A stretch of 64,000 bases of DNA from Podarcis tiliguerta (taxonomy: Eukaryota), in the NCBI GenBank assembly GCA_965153285.1, contig OZ229115.1, one strand, 5' to 3'. The position numbers were made by a program, and so were the translations under genes. The notes below the pieces were generated by a model. The model saw only the letters and a program-made list of their open reading frames with translations, was not told the DNA's origin and made no database searches. Below, piece after piece: positions 13,933 to 25,762 of this stretch. Positions within the stretch are counted from its first letter, which is position 1; every line of letters starts with the position of its first letter.

Positions 13933-14068
13933 TAGAATCATAGAATTGTAGAGTTGGAAGGGACCACAAGGATCATCTCGTCCAACCCCCTGCAATGCAA
14001 GAAACTTTCATCCAACGTGTAGATTGAACCCACAACTCTGAGATTAAGACTCTCATGCTTGGCTGGCT
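13933..14068 (-). mobile_element. tRNA-Lys/CR1-tail SINE
   Basis: Reverse complement of the 4836 family (tagaatcatagaattgtagagttggaaggg...gattaagactctcatgct). Confidence 0.8.
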
Positions 14069-14789
14069 GTTTACTTACAGTTTACTTATATTAACTTAAG
14101 AGTCGCAGGAAAAGTGTGCAAAATTACAAGCCCATCATACTGCTGCTTAGAAAGTAGCTTACTTGTTAGCATGCAACAAGCTTTAATTAATGCAATACAG
14201 TTACCAAAGGAAAACAACAGCTCACTCTATGCCCTAGTTTGTATATCATAAAAGAATTGATATAAGTTTGAACCATTTTTAGCAGACCATATACTGACAT
14301 TGTCTATATCCTGAGAAGTAAGAATAATATATTTCTGTTTTTTATTTTGTCCTAGAATGTCTCACTTGTGTAATCCTTTTGTTCAAAGCTTGTGCATTTG
14401 TGTCTGTGCGCACATGCACACCCTCTACCCTTTAAACTGGGGCTGAACAATTGAACAGAGGCAAGTCACAGCCAGCACATTCTCTCACACAGAGAGACAC
14501 AAAGTGATAAACACAAATTAAATTGTCTCAGTGAGGGAATGACTGTTTTGTAGAAACATTCCATGCATGTCCTGTCCTCGCAGAAAACAAGGCAGCCTAT
14601 TCTTCAATAATTCAGCAGGGTGCATGGTCTAGATCCAAAATACTAATTTTGAACTCACCACCCAATACTACCAACATATTTTTTACACTAAAAAATAAAA
14701 AGTCATGAAAAGTAAGCACCTGTCTGAGCTTCCTAACTGTAAGGAAATTTGCAAAGGGAGGCTGGAAAAAAATGTTTTTGCTAGAATGA

Positions 14790-14947
14790 GTTTATTTATT
14801 ACAGCTCTATCCTGCCTTTACTGCAAGGAGCTCAGAGTAGTGCAAAAGGTTCTCACACTCTCCATTTTATCCTCACAGCAACCTTGTGAGGTAGGTTACG
14901 CTGGGAGAGCATGGCGGGTCCGAGGTCACCCAGTGAGCTTCATGGCT
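14790..14947 (-). mobile_element. Older CORE-type/Squam3-related SINE fragment with L2-like tail
   Basis: ccattttatcctcacagcaaccttgtgaggtagg...ggtcacccagtgagcttcatggct, resembling the body of the Squam3-like copies. Confidence 0.55.
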
Positions 14948-16246
14948 CCTAACCCAACCTTTGCCAACCTTGGGCGCTCCAGATGTTTTAGACAACAATT
15001 TCATATTAAATTAATTACCAGCAATTTACATAATGACACGTCATATCCTTAAGGTAGGAGCTTTGGAAACTAACTTCCCATCAGAGAAGTCTGGAGCACA
15101 TTTTAAAATAATGTGGCTTTGGTTGTGGACTACTTCATCATAGTAATAAATCTGTGCTCCTGAAGAGCATTTTCATTTTTCATTCTGATTAGGCAGTTTG
15201 GGGGCTATTGATGCAATCTTTACCTATACATGGATTCTCCACCCTACTTTGTATTTAACTGTCACTTTGATTTGGCCGTTTTATTCAAATACTTTTCCCA
15301 TTTAAGAATGGCAAGTTACTGCATTTGGTGCTCTGACAGTGTTGGGTGATTTTAACTTTGAATTGCTTTTATTCCTATTTGTTTTGCTAGCAAAAAACAC
15401 TTTGACTGGCGATCCTTTCCTAGCCGTGGCTCAAACATGTTTTGAAGGCACAAGTCACTATTTATACACATGCATGCATGCCACAATTCAAGTTTATTTC
15501 ATACATGAGGACCAATTCAAGAGCCCCAAATGAATCGCAAGGAGGCCTTCAATTAAGAAGGGAAAATAAATGGGAAAACCCCGAACACACACAGGGTCTC
15601 TGCTTAGAATCAATCAGTTTACTCAGACACTGTACTTAGCGGCACCTGTGATTAAGATTTTTCCTTCCTGTACCAGTAATGTGACAAAACAATAATTAAT
15701 GAAATATGAAACCAAAACTGAATCCCTGCATGTGTGAAAATATTGTTGTTTCTTTCAGTCCTTGTTCCCATCATTACTCCTGAAGGTGGGAGACAGGTAA
15801 TAATGTGGGTGAGACAGATGAATTTGCCATAACTAGCTTCCTCCAGTGCTCACTGTAATTGCTTTAATTAAAAATGTCACGAGCATGCATCTGTTTTACA
15901 GCTCGCGCTTCTAGATACCATGGCATGTATTTCTAAAACAGTAACACGGGGAAAGGAGGAAGCAGTCAAAACGACACTGAAAAGCCAACAATACTCCCAC
16001 GCCCATTTTAGTGACCTTTGTTCTCAAGCCTGCGCTGGTGTGCACAACATTTGTGGCCAAGATTTACAGTAAAGTGGAAGAGGCTGACAAGCTCTGGTTT
16101 AGAAACACTGCACCCATATGAGAAAGTGTGTATCCTATCAGGGAACAATTCTTGCTGAGTCACTGGCACAAGTGGCTTGCTATCTCATCCCAATTGTCCT
16201 CTAATAACATGGAATACTCTTCCATCAAGTTTCAAGGAAATAAACA

Positions 16247-16389
16247 ACTACCTGACTTTCAGAAGACATCTGAAGGCTGTATAGGGAAGTTTTTTAATGT
16301 TTGATGTTTTACTGTTGTTGTTTTATTATTTGTTGGAAGCTGCTCAGAGTGGCTGGGGCAACCCAGTCAGATGGGCAGCATGTAAACAA

Positions 16390-16423
<34 letters not shown>
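16247..16423 (+). mobile_element. L2 LINE 3' end with (ATT)n tail
   Basis: ORF2 end (TFRRHLKA), agggaagttttttaatg, then ttggaagctgctcagagtggctggggcaacccagtcagatggg and (att)n. Confidence 0.7.
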
Positions 16424-16424
<1 letters not shown>

Positions 16425-18662
16425 GCAAAGGAGAGAATGGCTAATTTGAATTTTAATTCCTTATGCACTAAACTCCTCAAATGGCAGGCCTAGCTCATAA
16501 AAGAAGTTACATGTTCCTTATGTGGCGATAACAATGTTTAAATTTATTAACCATTTGATAAATAAGGTTTCCAGGTGAGTAACATTTAACAACAAGGGGG
16601 GGGGGAGAGAGTAATCTAAAACAGTAACACTATCTAATTGATTCGTTAACAATTAACTAATTAACTAATTGATTAGTTAACCAAGGTCAGCTGGAATGCA
16701 CCGTGCACATAGGGAGAAGTAACAGCCAGATCCTAAATGTTGTTAGTTAAACCTCAATCCCGCTAAGGCCAAACCAACTCACTGTTGGTAAGCATGTTGA
16801 GGATAGCATATTTGTTCTTTGCCTTCAGAGGGTGCCAGGGAACTACGCACCAATGAATCGTAAAGCAGGAGAGATCACCCACTTTCCCCATGATACACAG
16901 TATATAAACAAAAGAAGTAAAAAAATTATTATTATTTACTTCTGCCCATTATGTAGGAAATGGAAGCATGGAGAGCTGAAGTCAAGGGGTGAATAAATAA
17001 AATAAAATATTGTTGACGTGGTTGATGGACTCATCTAAAAAAAGTTTAGGAATTCCTACCACTCTTAGCACCAGAAAGGATCATATCTGCAGCTTGACCA
17101 GATCTAGGCCTACTCAGAAAAGTGTTCTGTTAATTCCAGTATGACTTACTCTCAGGTAAGTAAGCATAGGAATGCTGGTGTAGCCACAAAATGCAGTTAG
17201 AAATGTGAGTCTTCTGCTTAAGCAAAGGAACATATTCCAGTTGTGGGGGGAGGGTGTTGATGAGATGGAGTAGAAATAAAGCTCATTACAGAATATTTTT
17301 CCTATCTTGCTGCATTGGTAGGAAAAGCCTCAAGGAAAGCCTCCAAACCATTTTATATTTTACTCCTTACCCTGAAAGAACAACTGTTATACAGCACAGA
17401 TCTGCACTGAGAACAAACATGCTTATTCAATGTGTGAAAAGCTTACTCCCCACAGGAAACCAATAGGATGTGTTGCATAATGAAGCTGTTTATTTGCGGG
17501 CGGACACTTTAAGGTAACTCTCACTGGAAAGATGAAAAGCAAATGCAGTCTCACCACTGGGCAGCACTCTACAGTGATGGGGGGGGGGGGGTTTGCAGCC
17601 AGACAAGCATTATTTGAACTAGAACGAGACTGTCTAATCAAATGGTCTTTGGCAAAATAATAGTTTGGGAGCCAGGCCTATGATTAGAGTGGCTAGATGC
17701 AAAAGAGGAAGGCCTCCTGTATCCCTAAGAGATATGCAGAAGAGGGTTAATGGTATGAAACGCCAAAATGGCAAGGCATATGGCTAGATAATTTATTTAT
17801 ATCTGTGAAATAATATAGAAAGGTCATATGTGCCAATGCACTCCAACACATTGACAAATACATAATCACCAACCGAGAAAAGACATGAACTAGGGACCTC
17901 CTGGATTCTGGCTCAAACTCAGATTACCCACTAAAATACACCAGCTCTAAGCTGTTTTCAGACCTATTAGGACTCTTCCGAAGCTCATCCATATTTTTGT
18001 ATCAAATATAGGGAGGCAGATCTAATACATATCAGCAAACTATCAAGAGGCTTCCAGAGAGCATCAGTTCATGGCTATGTCAAGAAGTCATTGTGTGTCC
18101 CCCTCCCCACATGTAATACTAATAGTTACAAGACAAGTTCACATACCTCCAGGAACAGAAGTAGCTTGCGGGAATTATTCCCATGTCTGCACAAGTAAAA
18201 TGAAAAATCAGGCATAAAATAAATGAGTCCTTTGGGAACTCTGCTCATGACCTTGTAGGTGCTAGCTGAAAGTTTCCTCTCCTCTTCTCAGCTAACATTC
18301 CTGAATGCTAACTATTTGAGCTTCAGCCTCGTCTACATTTTCTACAAATATCCTGGCTGCTAACGCGATTGGAGGACCATTGGTTGAAAGTCCAAAGATG
18401 TTGTAAAAACTTTTCTGTGTTATTGTAGAAGAGGGCCTTCATCACACAGGGTGCTGTTCTCTGAAATGCAGATAATTCTCTGCAGGACTACATCTTGCAA
18501 CTCTTTGGCAAAGATGAATTACCAGAGCTGCAGGTGACTCGAGTCTTCCCAAGTCAAGACCAAAATAAAGGTTTGAAGCCTTGTACCCAGATGTGTGGTA
18601 ATAGGAAATGGTAACTAACTTGTGAAACAGGGAAACCCTTGTGATCTGTATTATTTTATATA

Positions 18663-18942
18663 GTAAAGGTAAAGGGACCCCTGACCATTAGGTCCAGTCG
18701 TGACCGACTCTGGGGTTGTGGCGCTCATCTCACTTTATTGGCCGAGGGAGCTGGCGTACAGTTTCCGGGTTGTGTGGCCAGCATGACTAAGCCGCTTCTG
18801 GCGAACCAGAGCAGCGCACGGAAACGCCGTTTACCTTCCCGCTGGAGCGGTACCTATTTATCTACTTGTACTTTGACGTGCTTTTGAACTGCTAGGTTGG
18901 CAGGAGCAGGGACCGAGCAAAGAGAGCTCACCCCGTCACGGA
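18663..18942 (-). mobile_element. Sauria SINE, 5'-truncated (subfamily A)
   Basis: (ACCTTT)n tail on the minus strand; body near-identical to the 49292 and 52225 copies; tRNA head missing. Confidence 0.9.
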
Positions 18943-19782
18943 TATACCCCAGGGCTAAATCCTGGCATTGCTAACAGGTTGTGGGGATGGGCTTGAGTGA
19001 GCATTAGTCCAAGTTTAACCCACTCCTAATTCACTGGTGGATGTTCCTGTTGCTGAAGCATGAGGGGTACATGGAATCTGACCTTCCTCTGGGTTTTAAC
19101 TGGTCTCTAGTTTAGTTCTTTTATTTGCCAAGCAGACCAGCCCTAGGCATCTTATATATTTCTCCATCAGAACTCACTTGGCTCCTGCTCCCTCTACCTA
19201 ACCTTGCTTGGCTCTGCAGTAAATGCCTTCCCTCTGTGGTCTTTATTGCTTCCCTGAAATATGGATGACCTCCCCAGCCAAGGATTCCTCTTCTCCCAAG
19301 GCCACATCCCTCACCATCCTTGTTTTGCACCCTCCTTGAGTGTTTTTGGCTGACTGGAATGCATCTTTGAACTCACTGCTTAGAAGCCATCTATCAGCAA
19401 CAACTTTGATAACACTTCTTGCTTGCCTGGAGGGAGGATAGAGAGGAGTGTGTGTAGAAAGTAGCTTACTGTACAATGATACAAATCACATTCATTGCTC
19501 CTCTGTTCATTTTTGCTTCTGGCTCTGCCTACCACTTTAGCCAACCCTCATCTAAAGTAAATGGTACAGAGCACCCCAATATAAAACATAACCTTACTCT
19601 CCATGCCATACAAAAAACACTGGACTGACTGACAAGTACCGTGCTTTCTGCTTTCGAAAGATCCTAGAAAATATTGTTACTAGATACTAACTAAATTCAG
19701 TGGATAAAAATCTGGAGGTGCTAACATATAATTTATCAAGTAAGCAAACCAAGTAACCCAAATGCACTTTGCTTTGAAAGTA

Positions 19783-19950
19783 CCGTATTTTCCCGTGTAT
19801 AAGACAAGGTTTTTTCCCTAAAAAAGAATGTCCAAAATTTGAGGGAGTCTTATACACGGATAGATCCCCCCCCCCCCAATTTTCTTAAATCGGAGTCCAC
19901 CAAAATAGGGGATGTCTTATACAAGGGGGCATCTTATAGACGGAAAATAG
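19783..19950. mobile_element. Tc1/mariner-superfamily (Tc2-like, CCGTA-terminus) MITE
   Basis: ta|ccgtattttcccgtgtataagac ... atcttatagacggaaaatag|ta: inverted termini, TA flanks, repeated gtcttata motifs. Second copy at 54401. Confidence 0.7.
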
Positions 19951-22584
19951 TAAGTTTTCTAGGAGACTGCAGACTAAATACATTCAATTAAACATGGAGG
20001 CAGAGCAATCATATGCATGCCTATTTGGAAGCAAGTCCCACTGAATTCAATGATACTTAATCCTGAGTAAGTGTGCTTAGGACTCTTGTCTTTAGAGTAG
20101 AATCTTATGCCAAACACATGCTGGATGGAGAGCTTTAAAGATACAGATAAAAGTTCTGGTGTACACTTCTGGTGCAGAGGAGTCTATAAAGGTGTATTGC
20201 CATGGTTGGAACTTAGCTGGTATCCTAAGGTTCCCTCACACCTCCATCACACTCTCAGTTTGATGTTAGGCCAGTAAAAGAGATTCTTACTGAACTAAGT
20301 AGAGAGCAAAAAATCACTGTCTCCGCTTTCCTCCCAGTTGACCTACAGAGCCACAAAAGAACACAAGCCCTTAGAATTCTCCCAGGCTCCAAGCACAGGA
20401 CTGCCAGAATGCTTTGCACTTTCCAATGATAGCAGCAAAGCCCCTTTCAGCAAGCCCTGACTTTACCTGCCCCATAGGCCAAAGGGGGGTTTTCCGCCCC
20501 TGACTTGGAAGATAAGGCTATGGTCATCCTTACCTCATGCTGTGCACAATGGGGAACTTTGTTAATGGGAGCTATGGCAAAAGGGCACTTTGCATGAAGG
20601 AATACTGCATACACAGAACAGATGCAGAGCAGCATCTTGCTAACAACATTGGCCTTTTATTCGGAGGGCTCCAAACATACACACAACCATTCCCAGTTCC
20701 TGAACTTTGTCTCTGTGAAAACCACATCAGTTGACTTCAGGATCGAATTCTAACCCCTCCCTACAGGGATCCCTGGAGAAGCTCTGGTGCTTGGTCCCTG
20801 CTGCCTGCACCAGCACTGTAGAAGCAAAAGTAAGAGGTCTTTATAAGACCAAAATCATAAAGCCATTGAATATTATTGCAAAGGGTCTGAAACTACTGTA
20901 CAAATCAGAAGGTGCACACTAAGTTTATAAAAATAAACTTGCATGTTTCATCTTAAAGTTAATGATTTCATTAACTGGATGTCATGCGAAACACACCATT
21001 AACAACCATGTCTATGTTTGTTTAAAATAGGCGAGTAGGAATGATAGTTTTCACTGAGCCTGCAGTGCACCCAGGGGCAGGGGGCTGGTTTTATCAGGAC
21101 TGGCACAGAAACATTAAATCACCTCTGCCTTAGCACTATGATCCCAGTGAACATTGTGCTTTACCATGGTTGCTTTTTATTCTAAATAAAGCACAGACAT
21201 GGTTGCTAATGGCATGCTTAGCATCACAACTTTTTTTGGCCCTGAGCCATTACTCACACCTTACTTTTCCCTGTTCAGAGTCTTAAAGAACACATGGAGG
21301 TATGTGACTGTTAAACATGCCATTTTCTAAATGTCTCAGGTGAAAGTACAGTTTTGCACTTAGCATAGAAAAGCTGCTTGTTTTCACCAGGAATGCTAGT
21401 ATACTTCTTACATGTCACAGAATACCCAAAGATAACACATGGTGCTTGGTGTCTTCCAGCTGATGCCAGTTAGTAATGCAAACAAAGCTATTCTGGGACT
21501 GAATGTTGGTCTCTGTAGGTTTCGTCATCCCCATAGCAAGTAACTTCTGGATGGAAAGCTTTTCACCCTGTCCAAACATGGTTCGCCATCTGGCTCCTCT
21601 AGAAGGTTTCTAGCTACATCAGGTACAGGACTGCATGAGCCATGAATAGTCACATCAGGTGTTACCAGTGGGCAAGAAGAGTCCTGATACAGAAAGGGTT
21701 TGTCATAGGAATAAAGCAATGCATACTGTGGTCCTAAAGACATGCCAGAATATTTCTTGAAGAGCTCTGCTCCATAAAAAAAGAGTATCTCACAGGTGCA
21801 TTTGGCTACCTGTATTTCCACCTCTTTCTGGACACTCAGTTGCGCAGATTTTAAGGTTAAAGTATGCACAGAGCATCTCACATTCCCTTTAAAGGGGGTT
21901 GAGGGAGCAAGCACACATTTTTTAAAAAAAAAAAACATCCCTGTATCTGCTTCAGGAATGCACACATTCCCACTGGTGTAATGTTAAAACAAGAAGCAGC
22001 ACAACCCGTAATACGCTGCAACCCTTGGGCAAGATCGCTTAATGAACACAGTTCATGTCAGGTGATAAATCAGATGCCCTTTATCTTGTGTGTCACAGCT
22101 GCATACACTGCAATACTGACAGCAACAGCAACTATAACCAACATTTTTACTGACAGGTGATAAATCAGGTGCCCTTTAACTCATGTGTATCAGTTGCAAA
22201 TTTAGTTAATTAGAAATTCATGCTCACTTCTTTTTATGTATTATTTCCCAGAAGGTTTACCATGAGCTGTCATATTTGACTACTCCTCAGGATTAAGGTT
22301 CTCAGATGTTTAGTACACCCATAAGAAAGTACGGCACTTCACTAGAGAGCACTAAGTCCTTGGATGTTTTGCAAACTAGAGAAGCTATTCTGAGAAGAGA
22401 GAGGATCAGCTGCCATTCTGCAGTAGATGAGGGTTACTGAAATGTTTCACTGATATCTGGCAGGGGATTTGCAGCTCTGCTGCAAATAGCAATGCACACA
22501 TGGATATTACATCCGCAAGAGTCTATGGTATCTAATTGGTACAGGGATGGAAAAGCTCCACCTAAACTAGTCATTGCTTTAAAA

Positions 22585-22723
22585 CAGGGATGGGGAGCCT
22601 GATGCCCCCCAGATGTTGTTGGACTACAACTCCCATCATCCAGTACAAGTGGCCATGCTGCCTGAGGCTCATGGGAGTTAGGAGTGCAACAGCCTCTGGA
22701 GGGCTATAGGTTCCCCAGCCCTA
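22585..22723. mobile_element. Palindromic hAT-type MITE
   Basis: TIRs cagggatggggagcct / aggttccccagcccta; perfect 8-bp TSD ctttaaaa (22577-22584 / 22724-22731); internal ctcccat...atgggag palindrome. Partial relatives at ~6281-6375 and ~25070-25177. Confidence 0.8.
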
Positions 22724-22830
22724 CTTTAAAATAAACTGAGCTTAGATATGGCCCAACAAAATTGGGACTTGGGATCTAACTTGGGGCCTACCCATTTACC
22801 TGGGTAGACATGTATAGGACTGTGCTGTTA

Positions 22831-22904
22831 GCCTTATAATTAGACATGCCTAGTTGCCTTTAGTGAGCCTTATAATTAGACATGCCTAGTTTCGTTTAGT
22901 GAGC
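22831..22904. repeat. 36-bp tandem duplication
   Basis: gccttataattagacatgcctagtt(gcc/tcg)tttagtga, two copies. Confidence 0.95.
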
Positions 22905-25471
22905 AATAACTACCTTTAAGGCTACTAGGTACAGGTCTAGACCCACTGCATTCAATTCCCCCTTTTCTGTGAATACAGACTCTGATTAAAGGTCATGCAT
23001 TCAGTAGCATTTAAAAAAATAAACTTGCACATTTCTTCTTTCATCACCAAATATCCTCAGTAATTGCTGATTCTACCTCTTCACTGTGTTAAGTCAAATC
23101 AAATTAAATTCTAGTTCACAAACTACCATCGTGAACCGTTGTGGCAGTTTTAAAATCAGGTTTTTTCCCAAGAAAGAAAAATCCAGGCAGCAGGATGCCA
23201 ATGATGCTGAATCGCCACTATTTTTCAGAAGGCAAATGTATATATGCCATCATCATAAAAATAATTTTGGTGAGCCAGGATTAGGGAAGGCTGTGGGCTA
23301 TTTCAGAGGGTCTTTCTGAAATGAAATGAATGTCAGTGCTTTGACAGATGAAATGCAGAATATCTGTAAAAATAGGCTTGTTGAAGGTGTCTAAATTAAC
23401 TGTATGCACTCAGGAAATGATTGAGCACTTGAAAGAAAAGGGGGGTCTTTATTTGTGAAAAGGCATATTAAAATTTAGCAGGTGTAATAAATATCACAAA
23501 ACGAGAAAAACAATTAATGTAACGTGAGAGACAAGGAGACAGGTGGCAAAACAGAGAGAAGGTTAAAATTGTTGAATTAAACATTTTGGCTTGTGTCAAA
23601 ACACAGCTAGATTTCCATCGGGGGAATAGGAATTAAACAATAGTTCTAAGAAAGCTGTGGGAGGAGAGAGCGTGACATGCTATAAAAGGGCAAAAGAGGT
23701 TTTAAAATACAGGTAAATTAGTAATCACTTTTGTCCAGTCTGTTTATCCAAAAATACTCTTATTGCTTCTAGTGACCCAAGACACATATTACTGTGTCTG
23801 AAAGGTTGTGACTATTTAAATTAAAATGTCTTTCCACAAGTTGTTTAGGGCTTTCTGTATGTGACATACACAAGTGCAATGCATGCAAAGGCTGTGTACA
23901 CCCCTGTGTTACAGTGTGCATATGCACATAATTGTGTAACATGTGATTTTACATTGGATTTTTTTTCTTAATGCATTACCCTTGGATTGGGACAATCTGA
24001 ATTAAATGAGCAGGGAGTGCAGGCTACTGATTGCATGTGGAGGATGCAAAAAACATACATACATGAGATGCATCAAATCCATTTAAACCAATACTAGGAA
24101 TTTTCTCAACAAAGGCTGCAACCATTCTTAAGTCACTTACAGGTTTTATATAGTTATTTACAATCAAATCTTCCTGTTTTGGTTAAAAACAACAATCTTC
24201 CACACAGAACTAATTGCAGAAAGATGCCAGAGTTATCTCCAATGCCAAGTACGTCCTTACTTTTCTCCCTTGATACATTTCAATAATTAATTATGGATAC
24301 ATTTTCCACCATCGGTTGTTTTGTTTCCATGATGGTAGAAATCAATTGCCAGTAACTTCAACTGATTAAAATGTAATATGTCCCAGCTTAGTATCCACTG
24401 TTGCTCATGACAACATGCAGTGATCTAGGGGTCCCCCCCCCCCGCTTTTCTCCGAAAGCTGTTCTCTTACTTAAACTGATGTCAAGCCACGATGTGTCCC
24501 CACAGCAGGTCAATGTTGTAGATCTCAATGCTATAAATGTCACCAAAATTAACTGGAACTTCTAATAGGTCACTCAATGAGCTTTACAATGCACAGAGGG
24601 CAAAATCAGACTGTCTAGGCACTTGTGATTAATGACACCAAAAATTACCAAGTACATAGAGTTTGTGAGTTAGGCTGGATAAAAAAAGAGCCTTCATGAA
24701 TCATGCATACAGATATCTTGTCTTGCCCTGGGGAAAGCATAGTTGGATACAGAAGATTTTAAAACATTCCTATTATTAAATATTATAAAAGTTGAAATTT
24801 TAAAGAGAGAATGGAGAAGAGAGAGAGAGAATGGAGGAGAAAGAAAGAAAGAAAGAAAGAAAGAAAGTCTTTTACCAGCAGGTGCAGTGAATTTCTGGCC
24901 CCAAACTATCAGAAAAGACCATTGACAATATTATGACATTTCCCCAATACTGGAATCATTCTTTCTAATAGCAAACTCAGGTGATGAACACCAATAGAAA
25001 TGGGGCGAAAACCAGGTCCACTGAGAAAAATGAGCATTATTTCCCTCATTTCACTTCAAACTCTAATCCGTTGTTGGACTTCAATCCCAGCTATACCTGA
25101 CCACTGGTCATACTGGCTGGAGCTAATGGAGGTTCAAGTCCAACAGCAACAGAAGGGCCACAGGTTCCCCAGTCCTGATATATAGTAAGTAAAATTCATA
25201 ACAACAGGCTGGGAATAGCAGTAGGTTGTTTTGGGCTAGCCAAGGGTGATGTGCACTTGTGAGAATTTATGCTGCCCATCCACTTACCATCAAGATCCAC
25301 AAAGTCCCTTAAGTTACTTGGAGATTATCCAGTTCATCTAAAAAGCTCTGAAGTAGCATCATAGGTGAAGCTCCCATGACAATTTAGGAGCGGTCTAGCA
25401 TGTGTTTGGCAACATGAATCCTTAGGGGAACTCCACTCAAAATCTAATTTAAAGAGCAATATTGGCTATGA

Positions 25472-25762
25472 CCCCCTTCATGGATCACTGCCTTGTCATG
25501 GCAAAGGGGCTTGAATAACTCCAAGAAGCTATTAGTTATGCTGTGCAGGGCCACCTAAGATGGATAGGTCATAGCCAAGAGTTTTGACTAAATGTGATCC
25601 ACCTGGAGAAGGAACTGGCAAACCACTCCAGTATTTTGCCAAGAAAACTCCTTGGACATAAAAAAGGAGAAGCTTTGAGAAGAAAGTGAGAGTTTCTAAG
25701 GCATGCTCTAGCTCATGGAGTCACGGAGAGTTGAACATGACCAAGACAACTAAACAACAACA
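25472..25762 (+). mobile_element. Short non-autonomous BovB/RTE derivative (5' UTR fused to 3' tail)
   Basis: The 5' part catggatcactgccttgtc...ggagaaggaactggcaaaccactccagtatt is BovB 5' UTR-like. The 3' part catggagtcacggagagttgaacatgac...taaacaacaac matches the BovB tail at 30150-30197. Perfect 11-bp TSD attggctatga (25461-25471 / 25763-25773). Confidence 0.8.

Noticed and set aside
20380-20800. Possible ancient SINE (LF-SINE/AmnSINE-like)
   Set aside because: Only a compositional impression; I could not match any diagnostic segment.
22831-22904. CRISPR-like 36-bp repeat
   Set aside because: Two adjacent copies with no spacer in vertebrate DNA; a simple tandem duplication.
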